Positions 1 to 9,558 of a stretch of DNA of 64,000 bases are shown here, in pieces. Each line of letters opens with the position of its first letter. The stretch's first letter is position 1. Location: positions 30,982 through 94,981 of the IMG/VR virus record IMGVR_UViG_3300007538_000020; one strand, given 5' to 3'. The notes beneath the pieces were generated by a model, which ran no database searches, was not told where the DNA came from, and worked only from the letters and a program-made list of their open reading frames with translations. A program made the position numbers and the translations under genes. The DNA comes from a virus.

Positions 1-225
1 TTGGGTGAATTCGGTGAAAGTCTAGAAGTAGATAACCCCGAGCCAAGCTAAGTTTAGGTTAAAAGAACTTAGAAGGTGTAACGCATAGTAAATGAGCCTA
101 ACAATAATTTTACCACGAGCGCCCAACATTTTTAATAAAAAATGATGATGTATGCTGAACTGTAGATATAACAATTATGAAACTACAGAATTTAAAGATA
201 AAAAACTTTAAAGATAACAACATTG
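1..225 (+). ncRNA. Group I self-splicing intron (3' portion, P3-P9; IA-like), interrupting ung
   Basis: Pairings read directly: P3 ttgggtg(1-7)/cgcccaa(120-126); P4 ttcgg(10-14)/ccgag(38-42); P5 tcta/taga; P6a ctaagtt(48-54)/aacttag(66-72); P7 gcata(83-87)/tatgc(151-155); P7.1 gtaaa(88-92)/tttac(109-113); P8 cattttt(127-133)/aaaaatg(138-144); P9 ctgtag(160-165)/ctacag(183-188); tttaaag(191-197)/ctttaaa(206-212). Terminal G225 is followed by CCA TAT CAT (PYH). Confidence 0.88.
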
Positions 226-726
226 CCATATCATACTCCTAATGTAGCAGATGGTTTATGTTTTAGTTCTAATCTAAAACATATAGTACCACCTAGTCTT
301 AGAAATATTTTAACTGAAATGTATAATGATATTTATAATAAAAAACAATTAGATATTAAAGCTAATCCTAATTTGGAATATTTAGCTAAACAAAACGTTT
401 TATTATTAAATACAGCATTAACAGTTGAAAGAGGTTCGCCTGGTTCTCATACAGAATTATGGAAACCATTTACTAATTATGTTTTAAATAAAATTAGTGA
501 TAGAAAAACAGATAATATAGTAATCTTTTTATTATGGGGAAATAAAGCGAAAGAATATAAACCTATAATAGAAAAAAATAACTTTAATATCATATATGAA
601 GCAGCTCATCCATCTCCATTTTCAGCATATAATGGTTTCTTTGGATGTAGACATTTTAGCTCTGTAAATGAAACATTAAGGTTTTATAATGAAAATAGTA
701 TTAATTGGATTGATGAAATTAATTAA
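226..726 (+). CDS. ung: Uracil-DNA glycosylase family 1, 3' exon (exon 1 lies upstream of the window)
   Basis: Contains PYH (second half of GQDPYH), PPSLRNI, VLLLNTALTV, FLLWG, HPSP and FFGCRHFS. The TTG start at 223 in the ORF track is the intron end, not a real start. Confidence 0.92.
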   Translation, partial: PYHTPNVADGLCFSSNLKHIVPPSLRNILTEMYNDIYNKKQLDIKANPNLEYLAKQNVLLLNTALTVERGSPGSHTELWKPFTNYVLNKISDRKTDNIVIFLLWGNKAKEYKPIIEKNNFNIIYEAAHPSPFSAYNGFFGCRHFSSVNETLRFYNENSINWIDEIN

Positions 727-1495
727 TAAATATAATCCTAAATTAGGAATAGAAGCTTTTAAGTTTGGAATAAAATATGCAGCATGTTTAAAAGGTGAAA
801 ATGATGAATTTTATAATATAACAGCTTTTGCTACATGTAAAGATTTATTTCCAGACATTTACTGGTATGAATACAAAGGAAAGAAAGAGAAAAAAGAAAA
901 ATATATATATGGTTACGACTTATTATATACAGAAGAATATGTAAAAAATGATATTAATCATATTTGTTTACAATTAAATAAAGAACAGTTTGAATTATAT
1001 AATAAGAATTTAGAATTTTATACTGATTTTTGTAATAAATATTTGAAATATTTTAATGTAAAAGGAGAAATTAAAACCTTTGTAATTGAGAATGAAACTA
1101 AAGATGAATTTAATTATGTAATGTGTGAATTTCCAAAACACTTATGTGATAAACATTTTTTAGCTTCTATGTTAATATTAGTATTGAGAAATGGAATATA
1201 TCTAAGTAAAAAGAGAATATCTTTTAAACTCTATATTTTAGATTTAATTTCTATAGGTACAGAAATAGAGAACCAAAACAAAAAATCTACTATAATAACT
1301 ATAATAAGAGATTATTATTATTTCAAAAATATTATTAAAGTTTTATCTTTATTAAGAAAACATAAGAAGCATATAAAATCTTATTATAATTTTAATTATA
1401 TAGGAGATTCCCATGGATTTGGTGTTGTTAATATTTCAAATAATTTAGCGGATGAATCAAAATTTAAATACGTAGTAAATGAAAGTTTCATATAG
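689..1495 (+). CDS. Hypothetical protein, first gene of the ligase cluster
   Basis: 268-aa ORF overlapping both neighbours; no recognisable motif. Confidence 0.6.
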   Translation: MKIVLIGLMKLINKYNPKLGIEAFKFGIKYAACLKGENDEFYNITAFATCKDLFPDIYWYEYKGKKEKKEKYIYGYDLLYTEEYVKNDINHICLQLNKEQFELYNKNLEFYTDFCNKYLKYFNVKGEIKTFVIENETKDEFNYVMCEFPKHLCDKHFLASMLILVLRNGIYLSKKRISFKLYILDLISIGTEIENQNKKSTIITIIRDYYYFKNIIKVLSLLRKHKKHIKSYYNFNYIGDSHGFGVVNISNNLADESKFKYVVNESFI

Positions 1496-2273
1496 AATAA
1501 AAATAAGAAGTAGACATCCTAGTCATAGTGTCTTAAGAAAAAATTTACCTAAATTAGGTTTTACTAGTATTGTTAGATTAGGCAGTACTACAGAATTACT
1601 AGATAAATCCAAAGTAGAATTAAATTCAATAGAATCAATAAGAACTAGTAGTAATAAACTACTAATGAAAGAAGCTTTTACAAAACATAATGTTAAAACA
1701 GCAGATTGGTTTAAATTAATTGATATAAATAAAGAAGAACTTCCTTTCGAATATCCTATTGTAATAAAAAACATTTATGGAAGTAGAAACACAGGTAATC
1801 ACTTTATTTCTAATAGAGAGGAATTAGATTCTTTTTTAAGTAAAAGTATTAATTTAAACAATTATATTGTTGAGAAATATTATAATTATAATAAAGAATA
1901 TAGATTACATGTAAATAAACATACTTGTTTTTATACTTGTAGAAAAATGTTAAAGACTGATGCTAAAAATAGATGGTTCAGAAATGATTCTAATTCTATT
2001 TGGGTTTTAGAAGAAAATGAATTATTTGATAGACCAGCTAATTGGAATGAAATAGTTAATGAATGTATAAAAGCTTTAAATGCTGTTGGATTAGATTTCG
2101 GAGCAATTGATTTAAGAGTACAATCAAATAAAGATAAGAAAGAAAATATAAGACAAAATCCTGATTTTATAGTTATTGAAACAAATAGTGCTCCTAGTTT
2201 TGGAAATATAACACAACAAAAATATTTAGAAGAAATACCTAAAATGTTAATTAACAAATACAACAATAGATGA
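1479..2273 (+). CDS. ATP-grasp ligase (RimK-like, phiEco32-type)
   Basis: SNKLLMKEAF, YPIVIK..GSRNTG, VEKY..KEYRLHV, GLDFGAIDL and IETNSAPS (ExN) motifs. Confidence 0.88.
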   Translation: MKVSYRIKIRSRHPSHSVLRKNLPKLGFTSIVRLGSTTELLDKSKVELNSIESIRTSSNKLLMKEAFTKHNVKTADWFKLIDINKEELPFEYPIVIKNIYGSRNTGNHFISNREELDSFLSKSINLNNYIVEKYYNYNKEYRLHVNKHTCFYTCRKMLKTDAKNRWFRNDSNSIWVLEENELFDRPANWNEIVNECIKALNAVGLDFGAIDLRVQSNKDKKENIRQNPDFIVIETNSAPSFGNITQQKYLEEIPKMLINKYNNR

Positions 2274-4426
2274 TTTTAAGTAATATTTTATTAACGCTTT
2301 TATTTTGGTATAGTTTGATAACTTTTATAAGTTTGATGTTTACTAAACCAAAATATAATACCTTTAATTGTGGGTTATTTGGATACATAGGTCCTAAAGC
2401 TGATGTAATGGCTTTAAAAATACTGGGCTTATATAATAATGATAGAGGAGGAGACTCATGTGGTTTTGCTTTAAAAACCGATAATTTAGATGATTTTATT
2501 ATTGATAAAGGTTTTGATAGTAAAAAAGACTGGGGAGATTTTATAGTTTCATCTGAATTATGTAATTATGAAGATGAAACAGTTAAAGTTTTCTTAGGTC
2601 ATACTAGAAAAGCTTCAAAGTTTTATTCTAAAGAGAAAGAAACACATCCTTTCTTAATACAAAATCAAGATACAAATATAGATATAATAGGAGCACATAA
2701 TGGCACTATCCATAATATGACTGATTTATTAACTAAATATGATATGTCAGATGTTAAAGACATAATGGATTTAGATAGTTATCAATTATTTTCTATATTA
2801 AATACTAAGAATTATTCTGTATTAAAAAACTACGAAGGAACAGCTACTTTAACATGGACTTTTCCTAAAGAAAATGATTCTTTGTATATATATAAAGGAG
2901 CTTGTTTAGTTGAACAATGGAATAATACAACCAAAAAACATGAAGAAGTATTAGTAGAAGAAAGACCATTATATTATGTTAGAATAAATGATGGTTACTA
3001 TTATTCTTCTTTATACATGTCTTTAAAAGCTTGTTTTCCTAATAATAAAGTAGAATGTTTTCCTACAAACAAAGTTATTAAACTTTATTTAAACAAGGAT
3101 AATAAAGTAATAGTAAGTTATCCTAAAACTTCTGATGTAGATAGAAGTGATAACAAACAAAATGCTAATACTGGTAGAAAAAGAGTTGTTATTACTAATG
3201 TAAATAACAACATAAACACTTATTCTAGCGCTGCAAAGCAGACAGCCCTTCCATGGGAGAAAGAAACGGAAAAAACAGAAAGCTCGAAGAAGACGAAGAT
3301 GATTCAAGATTTCAGTTCTTTAAAAAATATTTTTGGAACTGGAATTAGTATTTTGTCAGAGCCTAAGTTAGATGTTTTAGACACAACTATTCATTTAGAC
3401 CGAGTTGTGTATTGGAGGGGTAGGTACTATAAAAATGGTCATTTGTGTCATGGAACATTTACATTAGATAAGTTCGGATATAAAAAAGATTCACCTTTAT
3501 TTAGTCAATATCAAGGACCTAGAATTTATTATTTTATTTTAGGTATGTTGGTAACTGAATCTGATTTTGGAAAATTATATAATGTCAACACAGATAGTGC
3601 TATTAAAAACAAAGTATTTGTAACTGATTCTTGTTATATAGATGTAGCTTTTATGAAAGATTGTTTAGTATCAGGTCATTATTATTCAGATACTACTTAT
3701 GATTTTATAGAAACCCATAGTAATTATGGATATGAACTATTTAGTTCAGATGGATTTAATGAGAAAGAAATTGAATACAAACCTTTATTTTCAAATAGAG
3801 TATATAAGATTTCATCAGATGATAAAGTATTAGGTTTAATGGAAGATATGTTTGATTCTTATATTGTTGTAAAAAAGGATTCTAGTCCAGGGTGGCTAAA
3901 GAAAACTGTACAATATTCAGTATCTTCAGCTAGTACAGAATTTATTTACTTAAATGGTTCTAAAAATCAAAATATGATTATTACAAATGACGATAATGAT
4001 AATACCAAATCTAACTCTAATTCTGATTTCAATCCTACTGAATTAACAGAAGATGTAAAAGATGTAGAAGATGCTCCATTCGATAAAGATATGGAAATGA
4101 TTTATGACGATAAAAATTATATGGAAGGAATAGCGTTAGAATTAAAAAGAGAAATTTGTGATAAATATATTTCATTTGTAGAAACAGAAATAGACAATTT
4201 TATAAAAGAAATAGAAGAAGCTAATGAAGAAATTGTCTATGCTACAGTTAATAAAGATGAAGATTTGGAACAAGTAGATTCTACTTTAAATCGTTTTATT
4301 AAAGATTTAAAGCAAGCTAAACTTTACTTAAAAGAAAGAATGAATTCTGCTATGAAAAATAGCGAGTTTATTGATTTGAATATAGAAGATAAGAATAGCA
4401 AACAGGAAATTCTTATTAATGATTAA
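2270..4426 (+). CDS. Class-II (Ntn) glutamine amidotransferase domain protein with long C-terminal extension
   Basis: CGLFG, RGGDSCG, LGHTRKAS, HPF, AHNGTI, DS and ERPL motifs. Confidence 0.85.
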   Translation: MILSNILLTLLFWYSLITFISLMFTKPKYNTFNCGLFGYIGPKADVMALKILGLYNNDRGGDSCGFALKTDNLDDFIIDKGFDSKKDWGDFIVSSELCNYEDETVKVFLGHTRKASKFYSKEKETHPFLIQNQDTNIDIIGAHNGTIHNMTDLLTKYDMSDVKDIMDLDSYQLFSILNTKNYSVLKNYEGTATLTWTFPKENDSLYIYKGACLVEQWNNTTKKHEEVLVEERPLYYVRINDGYYYSSLYMSLKACFPNNKVECFPTNKVIKLYLNKDNKVIVSYPKTSDVDRSDNKQNANTGRKRVVITNVNNNINTYSSAAKQTALPWEKETEKTESSKKTKMIQDFSSLKNIFGTGISILSEPKLDVLDTTIHLDRVVYWRGRYYKNGHLCHGTFTLDKFGYKKDSPLFSQYQGPRIYYFILGMLVTESDFGKLYNVNTDSAIKNKVFVTDSCYIDVAFMKDCLVSGHYYSDTTYDFIETHSNYGYELFSSDGFNEKEIEYKPLFSNRVYKISSDDKVLGLMEDMFDSYIVVKKDSSPGWLKKTVQYSVSSASTEFIYLNGSKNQNMIITNDDNDNTKSNSNSDFNPTELTEDVKDVEDAPFDKDMEMIYDDKNYMEGIALELKREICDKYISFVETEIDNFIKEIEEANEEIVYATVNKDEDLEQVDSTLNRFIKDLKQAKLYLKERMNSAMKNSEFIDLNIEDKNSKQEILIND

Positions 4427-4437
4427 TTTTTTAAAAT

Positions 4438-6084
4438 ATGTCTATTATAATAAATGAAGACGTTGATATTGATATGAGTAATTTAAAAGTTGTTAGTGTT
4501 AGTGGTAAAGAAATTCCAAGAACAAATGCTATTAGAATTAAAGGAAGATGGTATGAAAGAAATGTAGATTGTTTCATGATTCCTAATATTGGAAACAAAA
4601 TAGGAAAAAATGGAAAAGACTATATGTGGCATATTAAGAATAATGGTATAATTGATTTGGATTTTGAAAAAAATGAATATAGAAGAATTAGTGATATGCT
4701 TAAAGAAGGCAAAGTAAAAGGTTATATAAATAAAAAACTTGACGTTGCTTACTTTACTATTAATCCTAATTATTCTGTATTGATTAAAGAATCTTTGGGA
4801 GACCCTGGTTTATATTGTTTAAATAAAGAATTAATAGAAAACAATCCTAAATTTGTAGAAGATTTAGTAACAGGAATATATTATGTAAAAGATAATATTA
4901 ATTCTTCTTTACTAAAAAATATTACAAAGAAAAGAATAGACCATAACCAATATCCTGAAGGTTTAACCTATAATGCTGACCCTAATAATATACTATATCT
5001 AAAAATTATAGAAGAGCATACTAAATACAAAAATAGTATGAAACCTTCTAAAAACGTAAAAATAATTGCTAATAACTTATTAGAAAATTATTCTTTTGGT
5101 GTTGAGTTTGAAACTATAAATGGAACTATACCTAAGAATCTTTGTTCTATGTATGGTATAGTACCACTTAGAGATGGTTCTTTAAAAGGTCCTTACGGAG
5201 AAGGTATTGAATTTACAACAGTACCTTTAAGTGGAGCTGTTGGATTAGAAATCCTAAAAAATCAAACTTACGAATTATCTAAAAGATGTGAAATATCTCA
5301 TAATTGTAGTATGCATTTACATATATCTGGTATACCAAAAACAAGATATAATGCGATGGCTGTTTATAAGTTATTTTATCTATTAGAGGAAGAGTTCTTT
5401 GGTTTAGTTCAACCTTATAAAGAGAATCCTGGAAAACTATGTTCTGATTGGAAAAAGTTTTCTTCAGACATAAGAGACAATTATTGTAGCAAATTACCTA
5501 AATTTAGTTTTTTAAATAAAACTGTATCTGAATCTGAAGCTATAAATTATTTTAAAGATTTATTTATATTTTTAGCTGACCATTCAGAGATAACAAAAGA
5601 AAGTAGTATTTATAATTTTGAAGCTTATGTACATCCTAAGAATAGAAAATGGTTGATTAATAGTAGATATTATTGGGTTAACTTTGTTCCATTTGTATTT
5701 AATAGAAGTGAAACTATAGAGATGCGTTTACATACGCCAACTCTTAATTTTACTAAAACAAGTTGTTGGTTATTTATAAATTTAGCTGTATTAAAATTTG
5801 CAGAAAATAATGCTAATCTTATTTTAAATAAAGATTTTAATAAGATTACATTAGAAGATGTAGTTAAAGGATATCTAACTGACTTCGGAAATACTAAATT
5901 AAGTAGAACAGAAGAAGAAAACTTAATAATAAAAGATTTTGTTGATTACTTATTGGCTTATATTAATAATAGAAAAGAGTTATACTTTAGCAATAAAGAA
6001 AAGAAATTATATTACGATAAAAAAGAATTTGTTGACGATAATACATTTTCGTTGAAACATAAAAGAATGAATAGTCTTTATTAA
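4438..6084 (+). CDS. Putative amidoligase (COOH-NH2 ligase, glutamine synthetase / gamma-GCS fold)
   Basis: SFGVEFET (ExE), RDGSL, IEFTT, CSMHLHIS, SRYYWVN and TIEMRLH motifs. Confidence 0.82.
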   Translation: MSIIINEDVDIDMSNLKVVSVSGKEIPRTNAIRIKGRWYERNVDCFMIPNIGNKIGKNGKDYMWHIKNNGIIDLDFEKNEYRRISDMLKEGKVKGYINKKLDVAYFTINPNYSVLIKESLGDPGLYCLNKELIENNPKFVEDLVTGIYYVKDNINSSLLKNITKKRIDHNQYPEGLTYNADPNNILYLKIIEEHTKYKNSMKPSKNVKIIANNLLENYSFGVEFETINGTIPKNLCSMYGIVPLRDGSLKGPYGEGIEFTTVPLSGAVGLEILKNQTYELSKRCEISHNCSMHLHISGIPKTRYNAMAVYKLFYLLEEEFFGLVQPYKENPGKLCSDWKKFSSDIRDNYCSKLPKFSFLNKTVSESEAINYFKDLFIFLADHSEITKESSIYNFEAYVHPKNRKWLINSRYYWVNFVPFVFNRSETIEMRLHTPTLNFTKTSCWLFINLAVLKFAENNANLILNKDFNKITLEDVVKGYLTDFGNTKLSRTEEENLIIKDFVDYLLAYINNRKELYFSNKEKKLYYDKKEFVDDNTFSLKHKRMNSLY

Positions 6085-6092
6085 TAACAATA

Positions 6093-6458
6093 ATGCCAAA
6101 TAATAAAACAAGAGGAAGTTCTTTTGAAAGATACTGTATCAATAAACTTAAAGAATTAGGTTATGATAAAGCTGTTTCAAGTAGAGCTGAATCTAAAAAT
6201 AGAGATAACCTCGGAGTGGATATTTGTTATACAGAACCATTTAATATTCAATGTAAAACTTTATCAAAGAACATTGATATTTATGATGTTATAACAAATA
6301 TGCCCTCTGAGGAATCTATGATTAATATGATATTCTATAGAAAAACAAAAAAAGCTAAAGTTAATTTTGTTACACAAGGAGAATATGCAATATTACATTT
6401 AAATGATTTTTTAACCATAATGAAAATATTAAATAAATATAAAAAAATTGAGTTATAA
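6093..6458 (+). CDS. Holliday junction resolvase-like PD-(D/E)xK nuclease (Hjc-like)
   Basis: NKTRGSSFER, GVDI and IQCK motifs. Confidence 0.75.
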   Translation: MPNNKTRGSSFERYCINKLKELGYDKAVSSRAESKNRDNLGVDICYTEPFNIQCKTLSKNIDIYDVITNMPSEESMINMIFYRKTKKAKVNFVTQGEYAILHLNDFLTIMKILNKYKKIEL

Positions 6459-7476
6459 AACAAAAGATTTAATAAGTCAAAGTGATTTAACATTACTAAG
6501 TTTTAGTCCTTTAGCTTATTATAATAAAAAGAATTTAAATCCATTAGAAGAAGTATCTAAATCTTATTTTGATTTAGGTAGTTTAGTAGATGCTTTATTA
6601 TCAGAACCACAAGAAGTAATAGATAAACAATTTGCAATTGATTCTAATATAAATAAACCTTCTGATAAATTACTGGATTTATGTAATCAAATAGTTAAAG
6701 AAGTATATGAATATACTAATTTATTAGGTATTAGTAATCCTAAATTATTAGAAGATCCATTAATAATATTAGATGCTAGAGAAAAAACTGGATATAATAA
6801 AAATTTAAAAGAAGATACTCTTATTAATAAGGTATTAGAATATAAAGATTACATGTTATTTAAATTAGAAAATTATAATAAAGTAATAATTGATTCTAAT
6901 ACTTATAATAAAGCACATGAAATAGTTAATAGTTTATTAACTAATGATAAGATTAGTAAGATATTAGATAATTGTAAACAAAAACAATTAGAAATATATT
7001 GGAATTATAATGAAGAAGATTGTAAATCTAAATTAGATTTTGTAAAAGTAGATGAAGTAAATAAAGAAATAAACATATATGATTTAAAAACTACTTCTGA
7101 TTATGTTTATAGCTTTCCTAAATCTATTATAAAATTCAGATATGATTTACAAGGAGCATTTTATGTTAGTGCTCTTTATGAATATTATTCTAATAATCCT
7201 GAATTATTAAAAGATGATTTAATTAAGTATACTTTTAATTTTTATTTTATAGTTGAATCAACAAGTTATCCAGGAACACCTTTACTATATAAACTATCTG
7301 AAAAAGATTTAAGTTGTGGTGTATCAGGTGGTATTTTAAAATCTAATAAAATAAAATTAAAAGGATTTGTCGAATTAATTGATGATTTAAAATGGCATAA
7401 AGAAAATAATCTTTGGGAATATCCTAGAGAAGTATATGAAAATAACATGGAAATAGAAACAAATATTTATGAATAA
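6448..7476 (+). CDS. RecE / exonuclease VIII-like PD-(D/E)xK exonuclease
   Basis: LGSLVD, CKSKLD, IYDLKTT and YDLQGAFY motifs. Confidence 0.8.
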   Translation: MSYKTKDLISQSDLTLLSFSPLAYYNKKNLNPLEEVSKSYFDLGSLVDALLSEPQEVIDKQFAIDSNINKPSDKLLDLCNQIVKEVYEYTNLLGISNPKLLEDPLIILDAREKTGYNKNLKEDTLINKVLEYKDYMLFKLENYNKVIIDSNTYNKAHEIVNSLLTNDKISKILDNCKQKQLEIYWNYNEEDCKSKLDFVKVDEVNKEINIYDLKTTSDYVYSFPKSIIKFRYDLQGAFYVSALYEYYSNNPELLKDDLIKYTFNFYFIVESTSYPGTPLLYKLSEKDLSCGVSGGILKSNKIKLKGFVELIDDLKWHKENNLWEYPREVYENNMEIETNIYE

Positions 7477-8029
7477 CAATTATAATTATAGTAGTAAATT
7501 CTTACTTCCTTTTTTAAGACCTAATTATGGAATGTTATTTAATGCTTTTAATTTAAAAAATTGTTATATCGGAGATGAGAGATTTGTTCCTAAAGAAAAG
7601 AATCGTTTATATTTACTTTTTCATCCTAAACCTAATGATTTAAATGAATTTAAAAAAATACTTCAAAACAAAGGTATACCAAATATGGAATTTTATTATC
7701 CAACAAATAATATTTTAGAATATGTTGTTGTATGTAATTTTCCAAAAGATTGCTTTTATTATTTAAAAGAATTTATACAAGGAAGATATTCTAAAATTAA
7801 GCAAACAGATATTAACAAATACTTTCCAAGAATGGTTAGAAACGTATACGGAGATTCTATTATATCTCCTACTTGGGAAATATTAGTTAAATCTAAAAGA
7901 TTAAAGAAACAATTAGAACAAGATTTAGAAGTAGAGATAGATGATGAACAGGAATTATTCAGTATTCCTTATAACAATAGAGAAATAATCGAACAAAGTA
8001 AAACAAAATTATTTAATTATGTCGAATGA
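7469..8029 (+). CDS. Hypothetical phage protein
   Basis: 186-aa ORF, tightly coupled to its neighbours. Confidence 0.6.
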   Translation: MNNNYNYSSKFLLPFLRPNYGMLFNAFNLKNCYIGDERFVPKEKNRLYLLFHPKPNDLNEFKKILQNKGIPNMEFYYPTNNILEYVVVCNFPKDCFYYLKEFIQGRYSKIKQTDINKYFPRMVRNVYGDSIISPTWEILVKSKRLKKQLEQDLEVEIDDEQELFSIPYNNREIIEQSKTKLFNYVE

Positions 8030-8828
8030 GATAGGATTGAGATTTAATAAAGATAAGATTAGACATGATTTATTACCACCTTTTGCTATTAATGAAGTAG
8101 CTAAAGTATTAACATTTGGAGCTACTAAATATGAACCCAGAAATTGGGAAAAAGGATTAAGTTGGACAAGTACTTTAGCTAGTTTAAAAAGGCATTTAAA
8201 TCTTCTTGAACAAAGAGAAGATTATGATAAAGAATCTAATATGTTACATGCTGCTCATATAGCTACTAACGCATTAATGTTATTAGAGTTTTATAAAATA
8301 GCTCCTCAATTTGATGATAGACCGCTAAGAACTTTAGATCAACAATTTACCTTAGATATAGATGATGTTATATGTAGTTGGATGGATGCTTGGACAGATA
8401 GATTTAATCTTCCAAAAACTAATAACTCCTGGTATTTTGATAGAAATATTCTAGATAGATTTAAAGAATTAGCTAATAATAAAGAATTAGATGAATTTTA
8501 TTTATCTTTAAAACCTTTAATTGATCCTAAAGATTTACCATTTGAACCTCATTCTTATGTAACTAGTAGACCTGTTGATTCTGAAATAACAGAGAAATGG
8601 TTAGATATGCATGGGTTTCCAACAAGACCTGTTATAACTGTAGGATTAAATGGTTCTAAAGTAGATGCTATTAAATCTACAGGATGTAAAATACATGTTG
8701 ATGATAGTTATCGTAACTATCTAGATCTAACTAAAAACGGAATCTGTTGTTATTTATTTGATAGACCATGGAATCATAAATACGATGTTGGTTTTAAAAG
8801 AATATATTCTTTAAATGATTTAAAATAG
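8019..8828 (+). CDS. DUF5664 (dATP/dGTP diphosphohydrolase-like) fused to a HAD 5'-nucleotidase-like domain
   Basis: N-terminal KIRHDLLP..VLTFGATKYEPRNWEKG..RHL..DKES..HAAH; C-terminal LDIDDV (HAD motif I), VTSR, K and HVDD. Confidence 0.78.
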   Translation: MSNEIGLRFNKDKIRHDLLPPFAINEVAKVLTFGATKYEPRNWEKGLSWTSTLASLKRHLNLLEQREDYDKESNMLHAAHIATNALMLLEFYKIAPQFDDRPLRTLDQQFTLDIDDVICSWMDAWTDRFNLPKTNNSWYFDRNILDRFKELANNKELDEFYLSLKPLIDPKDLPFEPHSYVTSRPVDSEITEKWLDMHGFPTRPVITVGLNGSKVDAIKSTGCKIHVDDSYRNYLDLTKNGICCYLFDRPWNHKYDVGFKRIYSLNDLK

Positions 8829-9070
8829 TGAATATAAAAAATTTATTTTATGTTCCTATTAAGTTAGAAAGTATCTATAAAAGTAAATTCTCTAGTTTTA
8901 AATATGATTATATATTATATTGTAAATATAGAAGTGATTACGTTATAGATACTTTCTTAACTAAAAAACAAGTTAAAGATTTAATAGGAATAGATAACTA
9001 CAAATTATTAATTAATAAAAAACAAAATAAATTTAATATTCACTATAAACAATTAAGAAATTATGAGTAG
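8828..9070 (+). CDS. Hypothetical protein
   Basis: ORF in a gene-dense + strand run. Confidence 0.45.
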   Translation: MNIKNLFYVPIKLESIYKSKFSSFKYDYILYCKYRSDYVIDTFLTKKQVKDLIGIDNYKLLINKKQNKFNIHYKQLRNYE

Positions 9071-9362
9071 TAAAAAAATATTATCAGCACAAGATAAATT
9101 AAATAATTTATTAAAAGATAGTAATTATAGATGTAATTTTGCAATGAAATCAGGTTTAAATATTTATATAACTAGGTTTAAAAATAAATTAGATGATGCT
9201 ATTATAGTTACAACTTCTAATTTAGAAAGTGATGTTAATTATCTAATAGCTAATTATAATAAAGCAACAAGAAAAAAAAGAATACAAAGATTAAAGAAAT
9301 TAGAAGAATTCTATAATGCTTATGAAGATAAAATAACAGATATATTAAATGAAAGTAATTAA
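9063..9362 (+). CDS. Hypothetical protein
   Basis: ORF overlapping its neighbours. Confidence 0.5.
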   Translation: MSSKKILSAQDKLNNLLKDSNYRCNFAMKSGLNIYITRFKNKLDDAIIVTTSNLESDVNYLIANYNKATRKKRIQRLKKLEEFYNAYEDKITDILNESN

Positions 9363-9558
9363 AGAATATAAGTTTCCATCTTTATATAAAGTAGTTACTT
9401 TAAGAAAGAACAATATAATGACAGTAAAAACTGTAAAGTATTATACCTTAGATGGTAAAACAGAAGTTAATTCAAATTATTATCATAAACTTGATAACGA
9501 ATTGAGTAAAAAAGAAAGAGAGTTTTTATTAAAAAAAAATCTAAATAATGAGACGTAA
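9349..9558 (+). CDS. Hypothetical protein
   Basis: ORF overlapping its neighbours. Confidence 0.45.
   Translation: MKVIKEYKFPSLYKVVTLRKNNIMTVKTVKYYTLDGKTEVNSNYYHKLDNELSKKEREFLLKKNLNNET

Noticed and set aside
223-225. TTG start for a 167-aa UNG
   Set aside because: It would lack the catalytic GQD; the triplet is the intron 3' end.
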